A stretch of DNA of 64,000 nucleotides from an archaeon. GTDB taxonomy: Archaea > Iainarchaeota > Iainarchaeia > Iainarchaeales > JAAZKV01. The notes below the pieces were generated by a model that saw nothing but the letters and a program-made list of their open reading frames with translations, had not been told where the DNA came from and did no database searches. The stretch lies in the NCBI GenBank assembly GCA_041659525.1, contig JBAZYC010000001.1, forward strand, positions 725,554-789,553. The letters are read 5' to 3'. Each line of letters begins with the position of its first letter. Position 1 is the stretch's first letter. The translations under genes and the position numbers were made by a program. This document shows positions 28,401-36,998 of the stretch, piece after piece.

Positions 28401-31400
28401 GCAAATCAATACAAAGATGATGTTAAAGTAGCTATAGAAACTAGGGAAGAAATTGAAAAAATTGGTCCACTAGTTGATACTCTTGCAAGAAAAATTGCTG
28501 ATGAAGTTTCGCTTAGGGCTAAACTAGATAATTCTTTTTCTCGTTTTATTAGTATTGATCAAATAGATAACTATTTGAAGAAAAAAATAGTTCCTGATAG
28601 CAAGAACTTATCTTCAAGAAGCAAATATTTTATTGTTACTAATGAAGGAATATTACCAGAAGAATTTGAAAATTATTTAGCAAGAAAGAATTATTCATTA
28701 AAGAAAATTGATTTATCCAATATAACTACTATTAAGGGAAATCCTGCTTATCCTGGAGTGGTTAGGGGTATTGTAAAAATAATTAAGAATAAAGATTCTT
28801 TTGGAAAATTAAATGAAGGGGAAATTTTAGTTACTGGAATGACTACTCCTGATTTTTTACCAGTGATGAAGAAAACAGCTGGTTTCATCACTGATGAGGG
28901 CGGAATCACTTGTCATGCTGCAATAGTTGCTCGTGAACTAAAAAAGCCCTGCATAATAGGAACAAAAATAGCTACCGAAGTCCTAAAAGACGGTGATTTG
29001 GTAGAAGTTGATGCAAACAATGGAATTGTAAAAATCCTTGAGAGTTCAAAAGTAAAAGTTGAAAAGAGCAAAAGTGATTTGTCCCCAGGGCTTTGGAAAG
29101 ACTCTTTTCGTTGGAAATATGAGGCTTGGCCATTTTTCACATCTGTGTATTTGAAAGCTTCTTTGCCTGGGGAATCAAGTTATTATGTTCCGTGGCCAGA
29201 TTTTGTTAACAAGTTTGAAAATGGACATTTGGAAGCTTATTTGCCAAAAAAAGAAATTCTTTCTAAAGGTAAAGTTGAAATTGATGAATTAATTAGAGGG
29301 GATGATTATTTTGCAAAAGAATTTAGGTTACTTTTGAATAGAATACATAAAGCGATAAGTAATTGTGAAAAAGTAAGAAAGGACAAAAATTATTCTGAAC
29401 TAAATTTATGGTGGCCAGAGGTACAAAGCGTTCTTTCAGATGTTGCAGCACTATTATTTGGTTTTGATTATACTTTAAATGATTGGATGAAGGAGATGCA
29501 AACAAAAGATCCTGAATTGTTTAGTTCTATTTCATCTAGTATAAAAGAAATCAAACCATCTTTTATTAATGAAGCAATAAATGAAGTAGTTTCTTTAGTA
29601 AACAAATACCCTAATGACTTTGATAAAGTTCATTCTAAATTTATTGAAAACTTTTCATGGTTTCAGAATTCTTATGCTGGGGAGTTTGATATTACAAAAG
29701 AATGGCTCAGAAAATTTTATGAAGAGAATAAATCAAAAGTGAATCAAAATCATTCTAGCCCTAAAGCTTCTTCTCCAAAAAAATATAAATTACTATGTGA
29801 ACTTGCAAGTGAGGCAGTTTCGTTTAGAGATGACAAGAAAAAATTGCTTTTAATTGCAGTTGAGTTAATGAATGATTGGCTAAGAGAAAATTGCGAGAAA
29901 AATTCATTGAATTTTGATGAAATGAAATGGTTAAGCGTTGATGAAGTAGTTGAGGCAATTAGTGGAAACAAAAAAATTACTGCTTATGCAAAAAAATGCG
30001 CTTCTCAAAACAAAAGAATTGGTTTGATGGTTGAAAGGGGATATGAAGATGTTTCTGAAGATTTTTTTAACGAAATTGGCGAAGTTTTTTTGGGTTCGGG
30101 CAAGATAATTGAATTAAGAGGGATGACTGGGAATAAAGGAAAAATAGTTGGTAAAGCCAGAGTAATTCTTGATGCAAAAAAAGAGGAATATAAGCTTCAA
30201 ATGGGGGATATTTTAGTTACCTCCATGACTCGTCCAGAGTTTTTACCATTAATGAATAAAGCTGCGGCTTTTGTTACTGATGAAGGTGGAATAACTTGTC
30301 ACGCTGCGATTGTTGCAAGAGAAATGAACAAGCCTTGTATAATTAGTACCAAAACTGCCACTCAAATAATTAAAGATGGAGATTTGATTGAAGTTGATGC
30401 GAATACTGGGATTGTTAAAATCCTTGAGAGTTCAATTAAAAAAAAAAGTTTAACTGAGCCAATTGAATTAAGCAAGATTTATTCTCGAGAAAAAAGTCTT
30501 TTGTATTATAGAATGTGGAGTGATTCTGACAGAAAGGGGTATGAAAAATATTTGAATCACAAAGTAAAAAATAATTTGTTTATAATTTCTAAAAGTGGGG
30601 AAAAAGGGAGTGTTTGGTATAGTTTAGAAGAACTCAAAGAAATTGAAAAAAAGTTTTTAGAAATATATGAAGCTAATCCAAAAATTATTCAAGAAATCCT
30701 AAAAGATATAGCGGCCTCTTGGAAAGTTCTTCAAAAATACCTTTCTTCAGAAATATCTTCTCTAAATGATTTTAAAAAATATTATTCAAATTTAGTTGAT
30801 TTTTGGGCTGGTTGGAACACAATAATTAATGTTCCTGATTATTCTTGGGTTTTGGAAAAAGATAAGCAAAGGGTTTTGGATTCTAGAAAAGAAACAGAAA
30901 ATTACACCGAACAGCTTTCTTCTCTATTAACAAATTTTGTTGAAAAAGAGTTCCCTTCTCTAAAGGAACACTCTTTTTTTATTGATGTTGAAGAATTCCT
31001 TAACCCAAATCCGAATATAATGGAAAAGCTTCTAGAAAGAAAAAATGGTTGTTTTTTACTTAATGGCAAGCTTTATCCAAAAAATGAACTTGAAAATGTT
31101 TTGAATAAAAATAATTTGAAACTAGGGGTTGAATCAAATCCATCTTTGCAAGAAAGTTCAAAAGAAAAGTATTTTTTTGCAAGGGAAAGACCTTGGCTCT
31201 TTAATCCGGTTTATTGGAATCCGGTTGTTCAAACAAGTAAAGAAATAGAAGCAATTTATGGTACTTTTCTTTCAGTAGAATGGAATATTTACAAAGAAGG
31301 GCGAATGAGAGTAATAATTCCTCAAGAGGAGTGGGATAGAATTGGAGTATTTATTGCAAACAAAATGTTTTCTGATAAGCAATATTTTGATAATTTAGTA

Positions 31401-32576
31401 TCTAAAACTAAAAGTGCTAAAAAAGAAATTGATTCTTTTTTAATAAAATCTAAAAAACAGGATTATTCAAAATGTTCTTTAAAAGAGTTGAATTCTTTTG
31501 CTAAAGAGATTTATAGTTTGTTTATGAAGTATGATTCTGCAAGTGTATTTTCTTGGTTTATTGCAGGGGATTTGTTTAAAGAAAAAGTGCATAACAAATT
31601 AGGGTTAAGTTGGGAAGATTTTGAGATTGTTTCACTCCCTGAAGAAAAAACTTTTGTTTCAAAACTTGATGAAGATTTGCTAAAAGCATCTCTTTTGAAA
31701 AATCCCACTCTTCAAGCAGCAAATCTTTCAAATAAATACTATTGGGTGCCTTTTGGATATGATGGACCAAGTATTTGGGGCAAAGAGTACTTTTTGGAAA
31801 AAATAAATTCTATTAAAGATAATACAAAATTAGTAAAAAAAGAGTTAGAGAAAATAAAAGAGAATGATTTGAATAAGAAAAAAAAGATAAAAATTATATT
31901 AAACAAAATTTCAAAAGATAAACAAGCAATTGAGCTTTTGAAAAGAATGCATTATTTGACGCTTTGGACTGATGAGCGAAAAATGCTTGAGTTTCAGTTA
32001 TTTTATTATTATAATTTGGTTCTTGAGAGAATTGGTAAATTAACAGGGTTTTCAGTTATTCAACTCAAACATCTTACTGTTGAAGAACTTTTGTTGATTT
32101 CTCAAGAAAAAAATAGTTTAATTCAAAAAGCAAATGATAGAATCAATAATCCATTTCTTACTATTATAAAAAAAGGAAAAGTAGATTTTTGTACAAATGA
32201 AGAATATAATGAAATGTATGAGAAGATTGAGAATCAGCTTTCATCAACTGAACTAAAAGGGACAGTGGCTTGTAAAGGGCCAAAGGAAAAATATGTGGCA
32301 AAAGTAAAAGTGGCTTCTTCTCCAAAAGATGGTGAAAAGTTACTTGAAGGAGAATTTTTAGTAGCCTCAATGACTACTCCTGAATATATTGTTTCAATGA
32401 AAAAAGCTATTGGGTTTATTACTGATGAGGGTGGAGTAACTTGTCATGCTGCAATTGTTGCAAGAGAAATGAACAAACCTTGTGTTATTGGCACAAAAGT
32501 TGCTACTAAAGTTCTCAAAGATGGCGATTTGGTAGAGGTAGATGCAAATACAGGGATAATTAAGAAGATTTCTTAA
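25410..32576 (+). CDS. Giant PEP-utilising protein: PPDK/PEPS ATP-grasp domain + 5 helical domains + 4 phospho-His swivel domains
   Basis: GGKGASLGEM, VAVRSSATSED, AGQ, GLGEAIVSG, DIEWA, VQSRPITT; four GGxT(S/C)HAAIVxRE motifs (His codons at 27813, 28914, 30300, 32445); no C-terminal PEP TIM barrel. Confidence 0.9.
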   Translation: MELTKFFSNLSKESVGIAGGKGASLGEMTRAGIPVPNGFVVLSDSFEKFLEETDLNVEIDAILDSVNHNEMQSIENASEEIKALILNAKMPIDIEKEIKKDFKTLNAKFVAVRSSATSEDFSSAAWAGQLDSFLNTKEKDLLEKVKHCWASLFTPRAIFYRFEKGLHTTKISVAVVVQKMVNSEISGIAFSVHPVTQDRNQLIIEAGFGLGEAIVSGSITPDSYVVEKNPRRIIDKNISDQERGLFKVETGGNEWKSTKENGVKQKLSDKQIMELSEIILRIEKHYGFPCDIEWAFEGGKFFIVQSRPITTLLDKSNDNEMPSVVKTKKVSSKSKEDEIQKFVSLINSQPLDVKQAKCSVLAADIVFGVYSNKVVFNENYSPLIHPYKWPNLQQVILEGRMKGVERVIWTNAIKNKKKFTRVLSEGSALHKKIVRMSIPDSQLSKLSEPQLLKYFEELVELTKKWWVYAAIGEDKGLVVEEKLIPLLVKNHNLTPHEAQEYSSDMASPKGQSVFSKERTAFLELCLILSKNKALFNLIKKGESLPKNKFSLFSKKINDYSKKYFYSRTDFYGGQKINDFTLPKLVFDELNKTTLSKLKHEFIVFKTSEKELEKRQKAWSKRVSSITKEEKDYLWYSEVMHTWIDERKVCMVSQFYYLFSVLEELSLRRNISYDKLALLTISDLKKFIKDGTIDFDLIKKRGEGAVFVYEKNKPVVEFFEKDADLFNEAINRHSSSETVAGTIASKGNGEKIIVGRVKIVHDPFKDSFAEGEVLVTTMTRPEFVPIMKKAIAIVTDEGGLTSHAAIVSRELGVPCIIGTKNATKLLKDGDLIEVDANTGVVRLIDSTKIESLVKNNLVFEKSITRDWGMIYAEIWHKVFTSEFKKQLGWGYTEVVFEGKNNSVTIYRAPSEHLDGMRDFILANLDKDKDWLRNHAKIVKKMVNKAISWMNYLETKKLSNYSSKELAIIFDDFVKMNIELGPRFIMMLWFPIQMEKHNKANQYKDDVKVAIETREEIEKIGPLVDTLARKIADEVSLRAKLDNSFSRFISIDQIDNYLKKKIVPDSKNLSSRSKYFIVTNEGILPEEFENYLARKNYSLKKIDLSNITTIKGNPAYPGVVRGIVKIIKNKDSFGKLNEGEILVTGMTTPDFLPVMKKTAGFITDEGGITCHAAIVARELKKPCIIGTKIATEVLKDGDLVEVDANNGIVKILESSKVKVEKSKSDLSPGLWKDSFRWKYEAWPFFTSVYLKASLPGESSYYVPWPDFVNKFENGHLEAYLPKKEILSKGKVEIDELIRGDDYFAKEFRLLLNRIHKAISNCEKVRKDKNYSELNLWWPEVQSVLSDVAALLFGFDYTLNDWMKEMQTKDPELFSSISSSIKEIKPSFINEAINEVVSLVNKYPNDFDKVHSKFIENFSWFQNSYAGEFDITKEWLRKFYEENKSKVNQNHSSPKASSPKKYKLLCELASEAVSFRDDKKKLLLIAVELMNDWLRENCEKNSLNFDEMKWLSVDEVVEAISGNKKITAYAKKCASQNKRIGLMVERGYEDVSEDFFNEIGEVFLGSGKIIELRGMTGNKGKIVGKARVILDAKKEEYKLQMGDILVTSMTRPEFLPLMNKAAAFVTDEGGITCHAAIVAREMNKPCIISTKTATQIIKDGDLIEVDANTGIVKILESSIKKKSLTEPIELSKIYSREKSLLYYRMWSDSDRKGYEKYLNHKVKNNLFIISKSGEKGSVWYSLEELKEIEKKFLEIYEANPKIIQEILKDIAASWKVLQKYLSSEISSLNDFKKYYSNLVDFWAGWNTIINVPDYSWVLEKDKQRVLDSRKETENYTEQLSSLLTNFVEKEFPSLKEHSFFIDVEEFLNPNPNIMEKLLERKNGCFLLNGKLYPKNELENVLNKNNLKLGVESNPSLQESSKEKYFFARERPWLFNPVYWNPVVQTSKEIEAIYGTFLSVEWNIYKEGRMRVIIPQEEWDRIGVFIANKMFSDKQYFDNLVSKTKSAKKEIDSFLIKSKKQDYSKCSLKELNSFAKEIYSLFMKYDSASVFSWFIAGDLFKEKVHNKLGLSWEDFEIVSLPEEKTFVSKLDEDLLKASLLKNPTLQAANLSNKYYWVPFGYDGPSIWGKEYFLEKINSIKDNTKLVKKELEKIKENDLNKKKKIKIILNKISKDKQAIELLKRMHYLTLWTDERKMLEFQLFYYYNLVLERIGKLTGFSVIQLKHLTVEELLLISQEKNSLIQKANDRINNPFLTIIKKGKVDFCTNEEYNEMYEKIENQLSSTELKGTVACKGPKEKYVAKVKVASSPKDGEKLLEGEFLVASMTTPEYIVSMKKAIGFITDEGGVTCHAAIVAREMNKPCVIGTKVATKVLKDGDLVEVDANTGIIKKIS

Positions 32577-32639
32577 TTTCTCTAAAAATCAATCCTTAAA
32601 ACATCTTTTGTTGTTTTTATTGTGTGTTGAAGTGTTGTT

Positions 32640-34067
32640 ATGATTGTTCAAAATCTTCCTTTGAATCCTAAAGCTGAATTATTTAGGTGGGGTCCGATTC
32701 AGGTACATCCGTTTTATCTTGATCATATTGAAATGATGCATTCTGGAGAGTTTGAAAAAGTTTATCCGAATTATTCGTGGCCAGAATCGCTTTTGTTGTT
32801 TAAAGGAAACGATTTGCTTTGGTTAAATGAGTTTTCCGAGCTTTGGGCAGTTGGAAAAAGAACTTTTATTGATTTAATTTTTGAAAAAAAACAATTTTTA
32901 AAAGTAAGAAAGAGCTATGAATCTGCAAGAAAAAAAGTTGTTGTTTTTGAAAAAAAATTGGATAATACCAAGATTGAACTACTATCGGATAAAGAATTGG
33001 GTTTGCTTTCAGCAAATTTTAGTAAGGTTTGGAATTCTTTTTGGGTTCATGGTTTGATTCCTGAGCTTGCGAATTGCGGGGCGGACAAGTATCTTGAGGA
33101 AAAGCTAAAAGAAGTAGTTTCTGATTCTACTGAAAGATTGGCTGTAATGGAAGCACTTACTGCTCCTGAAGAGCTTTCTTTTTATCAACAAGAAGAAATT
33201 GAGCTTTTAGAGACAAAAAACCTAAAAAAACACAGGGATAAGTATTTTTGGATAAAAAATGGGTATGGGCATGTAGTTGACCTTGATGTTGAATTTTTTG
33301 TTGAAAGAAAAAAGGGTTTATCAAAAGGCCTAAAGAAACAAATAACTGCTAGATTGAATCAGGCAAAAGAAAAAAAGAAAGTTGTTCAAAAAAAGTATCA
33401 CTTATCAAAAGAAATAATGGAAATAGCTAGAAAAATTGTTTATTGTATTGTTTGGCAGGATGAAAGAAAAAAGAATATTGAACGTTTTTTACATTATAAA
33501 TATTTGTTGCTTGCTGAATGTTCAAGAAGAAAAGAAATTTCTAAAACTGATTTACTTACGCTTTTCTCTTTTGAACTTGAACAATTGCTTTTAGGAAAAT
33601 CTTTTGATGAAGAACTTAAAAAAAGAAAAAAAAGCTTTGCGTTGATTCTTGCTTCAAAAAGATTAGAGTTTATTTATCCTCCTCTTGCTGACGAGTATTG
33701 GGGTGTTTATTCTGAAAAAGTTGATGGACAAATAAAAGAAATAAAAGGGATAGTTGCAAGTACTGGAGAAAATCCTTTAATCAGTGGGCGAGTTAGAATT
33801 ATTCTTGATCCTCATAAAGTATCTGATTTTAAGGAAGGTTCAATTCTTGTTGCTCCAATGACTAGTCCAGATTATATTTATGTAATGAGAAAATCAATTG
33901 CAATTATAACTGATACAGGGGGATTGACTTCTCATGCTGCAATAGTTTCAAGAGAGCTTGGAGTACCTTGCATTGTTGGAACTAAAATTGCTACCCAAGT
34001 TTTCAAAGATGGAGACTTGGTAGAAGTTGATGCGAATAAAGGGATTATTAGAAAACTCAAGAATTGA
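32640..34067 (+). CDS. Helical domain + phospho-His swivel domain protein (no ATP-grasp)
   Basis: TDTGGLTSHAAIVSRELGVPC at the C-terminus (His codon 33933). Confidence 0.88.
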   Translation: MIVQNLPLNPKAELFRWGPIQVHPFYLDHIEMMHSGEFEKVYPNYSWPESLLLFKGNDLLWLNEFSELWAVGKRTFIDLIFEKKQFLKVRKSYESARKKVVVFEKKLDNTKIELLSDKELGLLSANFSKVWNSFWVHGLIPELANCGADKYLEEKLKEVVSDSTERLAVMEALTAPEELSFYQQEEIELLETKNLKKHRDKYFWIKNGYGHVVDLDVEFFVERKKGLSKGLKKQITARLNQAKEKKKVVQKKYHLSKEIMEIARKIVYCIVWQDERKKNIERFLHYKYLLLAECSRRKEISKTDLLTLFSFELEQLLLGKSFDEELKKRKKSFALILASKRLEFIYPPLADEYWGVYSEKVDGQIKEIKGIVASTGENPLISGRVRIILDPHKVSDFKEGSILVAPMTSPDYIYVMRKSIAIITDTGGLTSHAAIVSRELGVPCIVGTKIATQVFKDGDLVEVDANKGIIRKLKN

Positions 34068-34072
34068 TTTTT

Positions 34073-36991
34073 ATGAATTTTAAAGAATTGTTTGACTGGG
34101 TTTCTGCTTCTAAAAACGAATATGAATTAAGCAAATTTGATGGAGATATTTTCTTTTACACTGACATGGTTCTTTTTGATACTTTAAAGAAAAAGTACCA
34201 AATAGTTTTGCTTTACCCAAAAGATGATCCTTACAGGTATTGGTATTTTTCAAATCTCTCTGCTCTTGAAAGTAATTCAAAAAAGCTTTATAAAAAATAT
34301 TTGAAAAATCCAGCTAAACTTAAAAAAGAGTTTAATGCAAAAAAGAAAAAAGTTCTTTTAGCGAACAAGGTTCTTTTTAGTTCTAAACAAGTTGATTTGA
34401 AAAAGTACAAAAAGTTAGTTGTTTCAGTAAAAGGTTTTGCTAGTATTGTAATGAATACTCTTGAGGGGTTAGAGAAAATTCTTGGGAAAGAATTAGTTAA
34501 AGAATTTCCTGATGAAAAAATAAGAACTGTGTTGTCCACTTCTTTGTATACTTCCTACGCTCAATCTGAAGAGGAAGCCCTAATAAAAATAATTGAACAA
34601 TTGCCTAAAAATGAATTTGAGTTGTTAAAAACCGGGGAAAAGGATTTTAAAAAATATCCTGTTTTTAGTAAAAAGCTTAAAGTACACGAATCTAATTGGG
34701 GTTGGGCTTACTCGAATTATGCTTCTCATGAATTTGGTTTAACTAAAGAGATATTCCAAAAATCTTTATCAATAGTAAATAATATCGAATTTGACAAATT
34801 AAGATTTAGTGGGTTAGAAGTTAAACGAAGTGAAAAAAGAACCTTAATTAAAAAATTGAGTTCTAAAAAAAGAAAAATAGTTGAATTACTTGATTTGCTT
34901 TTCCAAATGCGTGATGAAAGAAAAGAAACTTGGATAAAAATTACCCCTCCTACAAAGCTTTTCTTAGGAAAATTTGCTGTAGAGCATGGTTTGACTTATA
35001 ATGATTTTAGATGGCTTACTTTTGAAGAACAAATAAGTTTCGAAAAAAATAAAGAAAAATATCTGTCTTTAATTAATGAAAGAAAAAACGGGTTGGTTGC
35101 TTTTTATGGATTTGGAAAAGAAAACAAGTTAATTTTCACAGGAAATGATTCTGAAAAGTTTGGGGAAATATTTTTTAAAAGAGAAAGTGTTTTGAAGTTA
35201 AAAGGAACTCCTGTTTCAGTTGGTAAAGCTACTGGAGAAGTTTGCATAATAATGAATAAATCTGATTTCCAAAAGTTCAAAGAGGGAAATATTTTAGTTT
35301 CTTCTCACACCACTCCTGATTATTTGCCTTTAATGAAGAAAGCTAGTGCGATTCTTGCTGAACGAGGGGGAATAACCTCTCACGCAGCAATTGTCTCAAG
35401 AGAACTACACATTCCTTGCATTGTTGGAATAAAAGGATTAGTTGGAAATTTCAAAGACGGCGATTTAGTAGAAGTGGATGCGAATAAAGGAATTGTAAAA
35501 ATAATAAAAAATAATGAAGAAATCAAACGCAATTCTAGAGAATTTGATTTTGAGGGTATTTCAAAAATGAAGTGGCGTTATATTCACAAAAGATTTAGGA
35601 CTCCTTTTTACATGTTCTTGCTTTTTGATGGTATTTCAAATCATTACAACAAGGAGTTTGATTTTCCTTATGAAATTGCAGGATTAGTGCTTGATTATGA
35701 ATTAATGCTGTCGCAGGAAGATTGGGACAAACAAAAAGTAATGGCTCTTGAAAAGATTAAACAAAATCCTTCTTTTTGTTTGGATTTTACAAAAAAAGCT
35801 TATTTGCAAAATGAAGAAAATCTAAAGTTAATTAAATCCATGGCCAAAATGGATTTAGCTTCTGTTTCAAATGCCTCTCTTGCCGATTTGCTTGTTAATT
35901 ATTCTAAAAAATCAATGAATATTTCTTCATTTATGGTTTTACCATTGCTTTTTGAACAAGACTTAGAAAAAAACATTCACGAAGCGGTTGAAAAAAAATA
36001 TGGGGCAAAAGCAACTGGAGTTATGCATACTTTAACGATTCCAATAAAGAAAACAACCACTCAGTTAGAAGAAAATAATATTCTAAAGCTTGCCTTATTA
36101 AAGAAAAAAAATAAATTAACTTTAACTCAAGTAGAAGAGCACCAAGCAAAATATGGGTGGCTAAAAAATACCTCTTTTGATGGTAGTTTTTATTCTATCC
36201 GAGAAATCCAAGATAAGATTGATATTGCGTCTAAAAGTAATCTTTTAGAGAAACTTAAACATAAAAAATTAGAAGAAGAAAAGCAAATTAAGTTGTTTAA
36301 AAAATACCGAAATTCATTCAAAGGATCAAAAATAGCAAATTCTATTGATACATTAAATGAACTTATCTTTTTTAGAAGTTGGAGAACAGAAATATTCTCT
36401 CAAAATGCTCAACTTTTAAAAGAATTTTTTGCACAAATCTCAAAAAGAATTGATTTGGATAATTCAACAAATTTGTTTTACTTAACTCATTTAGAAATAG
36501 CTAAACTTTTAACTGATGGGAAAAGTGCTCCCTCTAATTTGATAGAGGAAAGAAAAAAAGGTTATTTTATGTTTGCATCAAAGAAAAGTACTATTGTTGG
36601 AGAAGGAGAGTTGCTTGCGAATTTAAAGAAATGTATGAATATTCACTCTAATGAAGAGGTTAAAGATGAAATAAAAGGAAAATCAGCTTTTCCTGGATTG
36701 GTTACGGGAATTGTTTGTATCATAAATTCAAAAGCAGATTTTGCTAAAGTAAATTCAAAGAATCAAATAATTGTGGCATTCTCAACCACTCCCGATCAAG
36801 TTCCTATAATAAAAAAAGCTGCAGCAATTGTTACTGACGAAGGGGGGATTTTAAGTCACGCATCAGTAATATCAAGAGAATTAAAAATTCCTTGCATAAT
36901 TGGAACAAAGAACGCAACAAAAATCCTAAAAGACGGCGATTTGATAGAGGTTGATGCTAACAAAGGAATTATAAAGAAGAAAAGTAATTAG
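34073..36991 (+). CDS. Tandem 2x(helical domain + phospho-His swivel domain) protein
   Basis: GGITSHAAIVSRE (His codon 35381) and GGILSHASVISRE (His codon 36857). Confidence 0.88.
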   Translation: MNFKELFDWVSASKNEYELSKFDGDIFFYTDMVLFDTLKKKYQIVLLYPKDDPYRYWYFSNLSALESNSKKLYKKYLKNPAKLKKEFNAKKKKVLLANKVLFSSKQVDLKKYKKLVVSVKGFASIVMNTLEGLEKILGKELVKEFPDEKIRTVLSTSLYTSYAQSEEEALIKIIEQLPKNEFELLKTGEKDFKKYPVFSKKLKVHESNWGWAYSNYASHEFGLTKEIFQKSLSIVNNIEFDKLRFSGLEVKRSEKRTLIKKLSSKKRKIVELLDLLFQMRDERKETWIKITPPTKLFLGKFAVEHGLTYNDFRWLTFEEQISFEKNKEKYLSLINERKNGLVAFYGFGKENKLIFTGNDSEKFGEIFFKRESVLKLKGTPVSVGKATGEVCIIMNKSDFQKFKEGNILVSSHTTPDYLPLMKKASAILAERGGITSHAAIVSRELHIPCIVGIKGLVGNFKDGDLVEVDANKGIVKIIKNNEEIKRNSREFDFEGISKMKWRYIHKRFRTPFYMFLLFDGISNHYNKEFDFPYEIAGLVLDYELMLSQEDWDKQKVMALEKIKQNPSFCLDFTKKAYLQNEENLKLIKSMAKMDLASVSNASLADLLVNYSKKSMNISSFMVLPLLFEQDLEKNIHEAVEKKYGAKATGVMHTLTIPIKKTTTQLEENNILKLALLKKKNKLTLTQVEEHQAKYGWLKNTSFDGSFYSIREIQDKIDIASKSNLLEKLKHKKLEEEKQIKLFKKYRNSFKGSKIANSIDTLNELIFFRSWRTEIFSQNAQLLKEFFAQISKRIDLDNSTNLFYLTHLEIAKLLTDGKSAPSNLIEERKKGYFMFASKKSTIVGEGELLANLKKCMNIHSNEEVKDEIKGKSAFPGLVTGIVCIINSKADFAKVNSKNQIIVAFSTTPDQVPIIKKAAAIVTDEGGILSHASVISRELKIPCIIGTKNATKILKDGDLIEVDANKGIIKKKSN

Positions 36992-36998
36992 CATTTAG

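Noticed and set aside
25410..32576. Annotation as phosphoenolpyruvate synthase (ppsA) or PPDK
   Set aside because: No C-terminal PEP/pyruvate-binding TIM-barrel motifs; the His domain is repeated and each copy follows a helical domain
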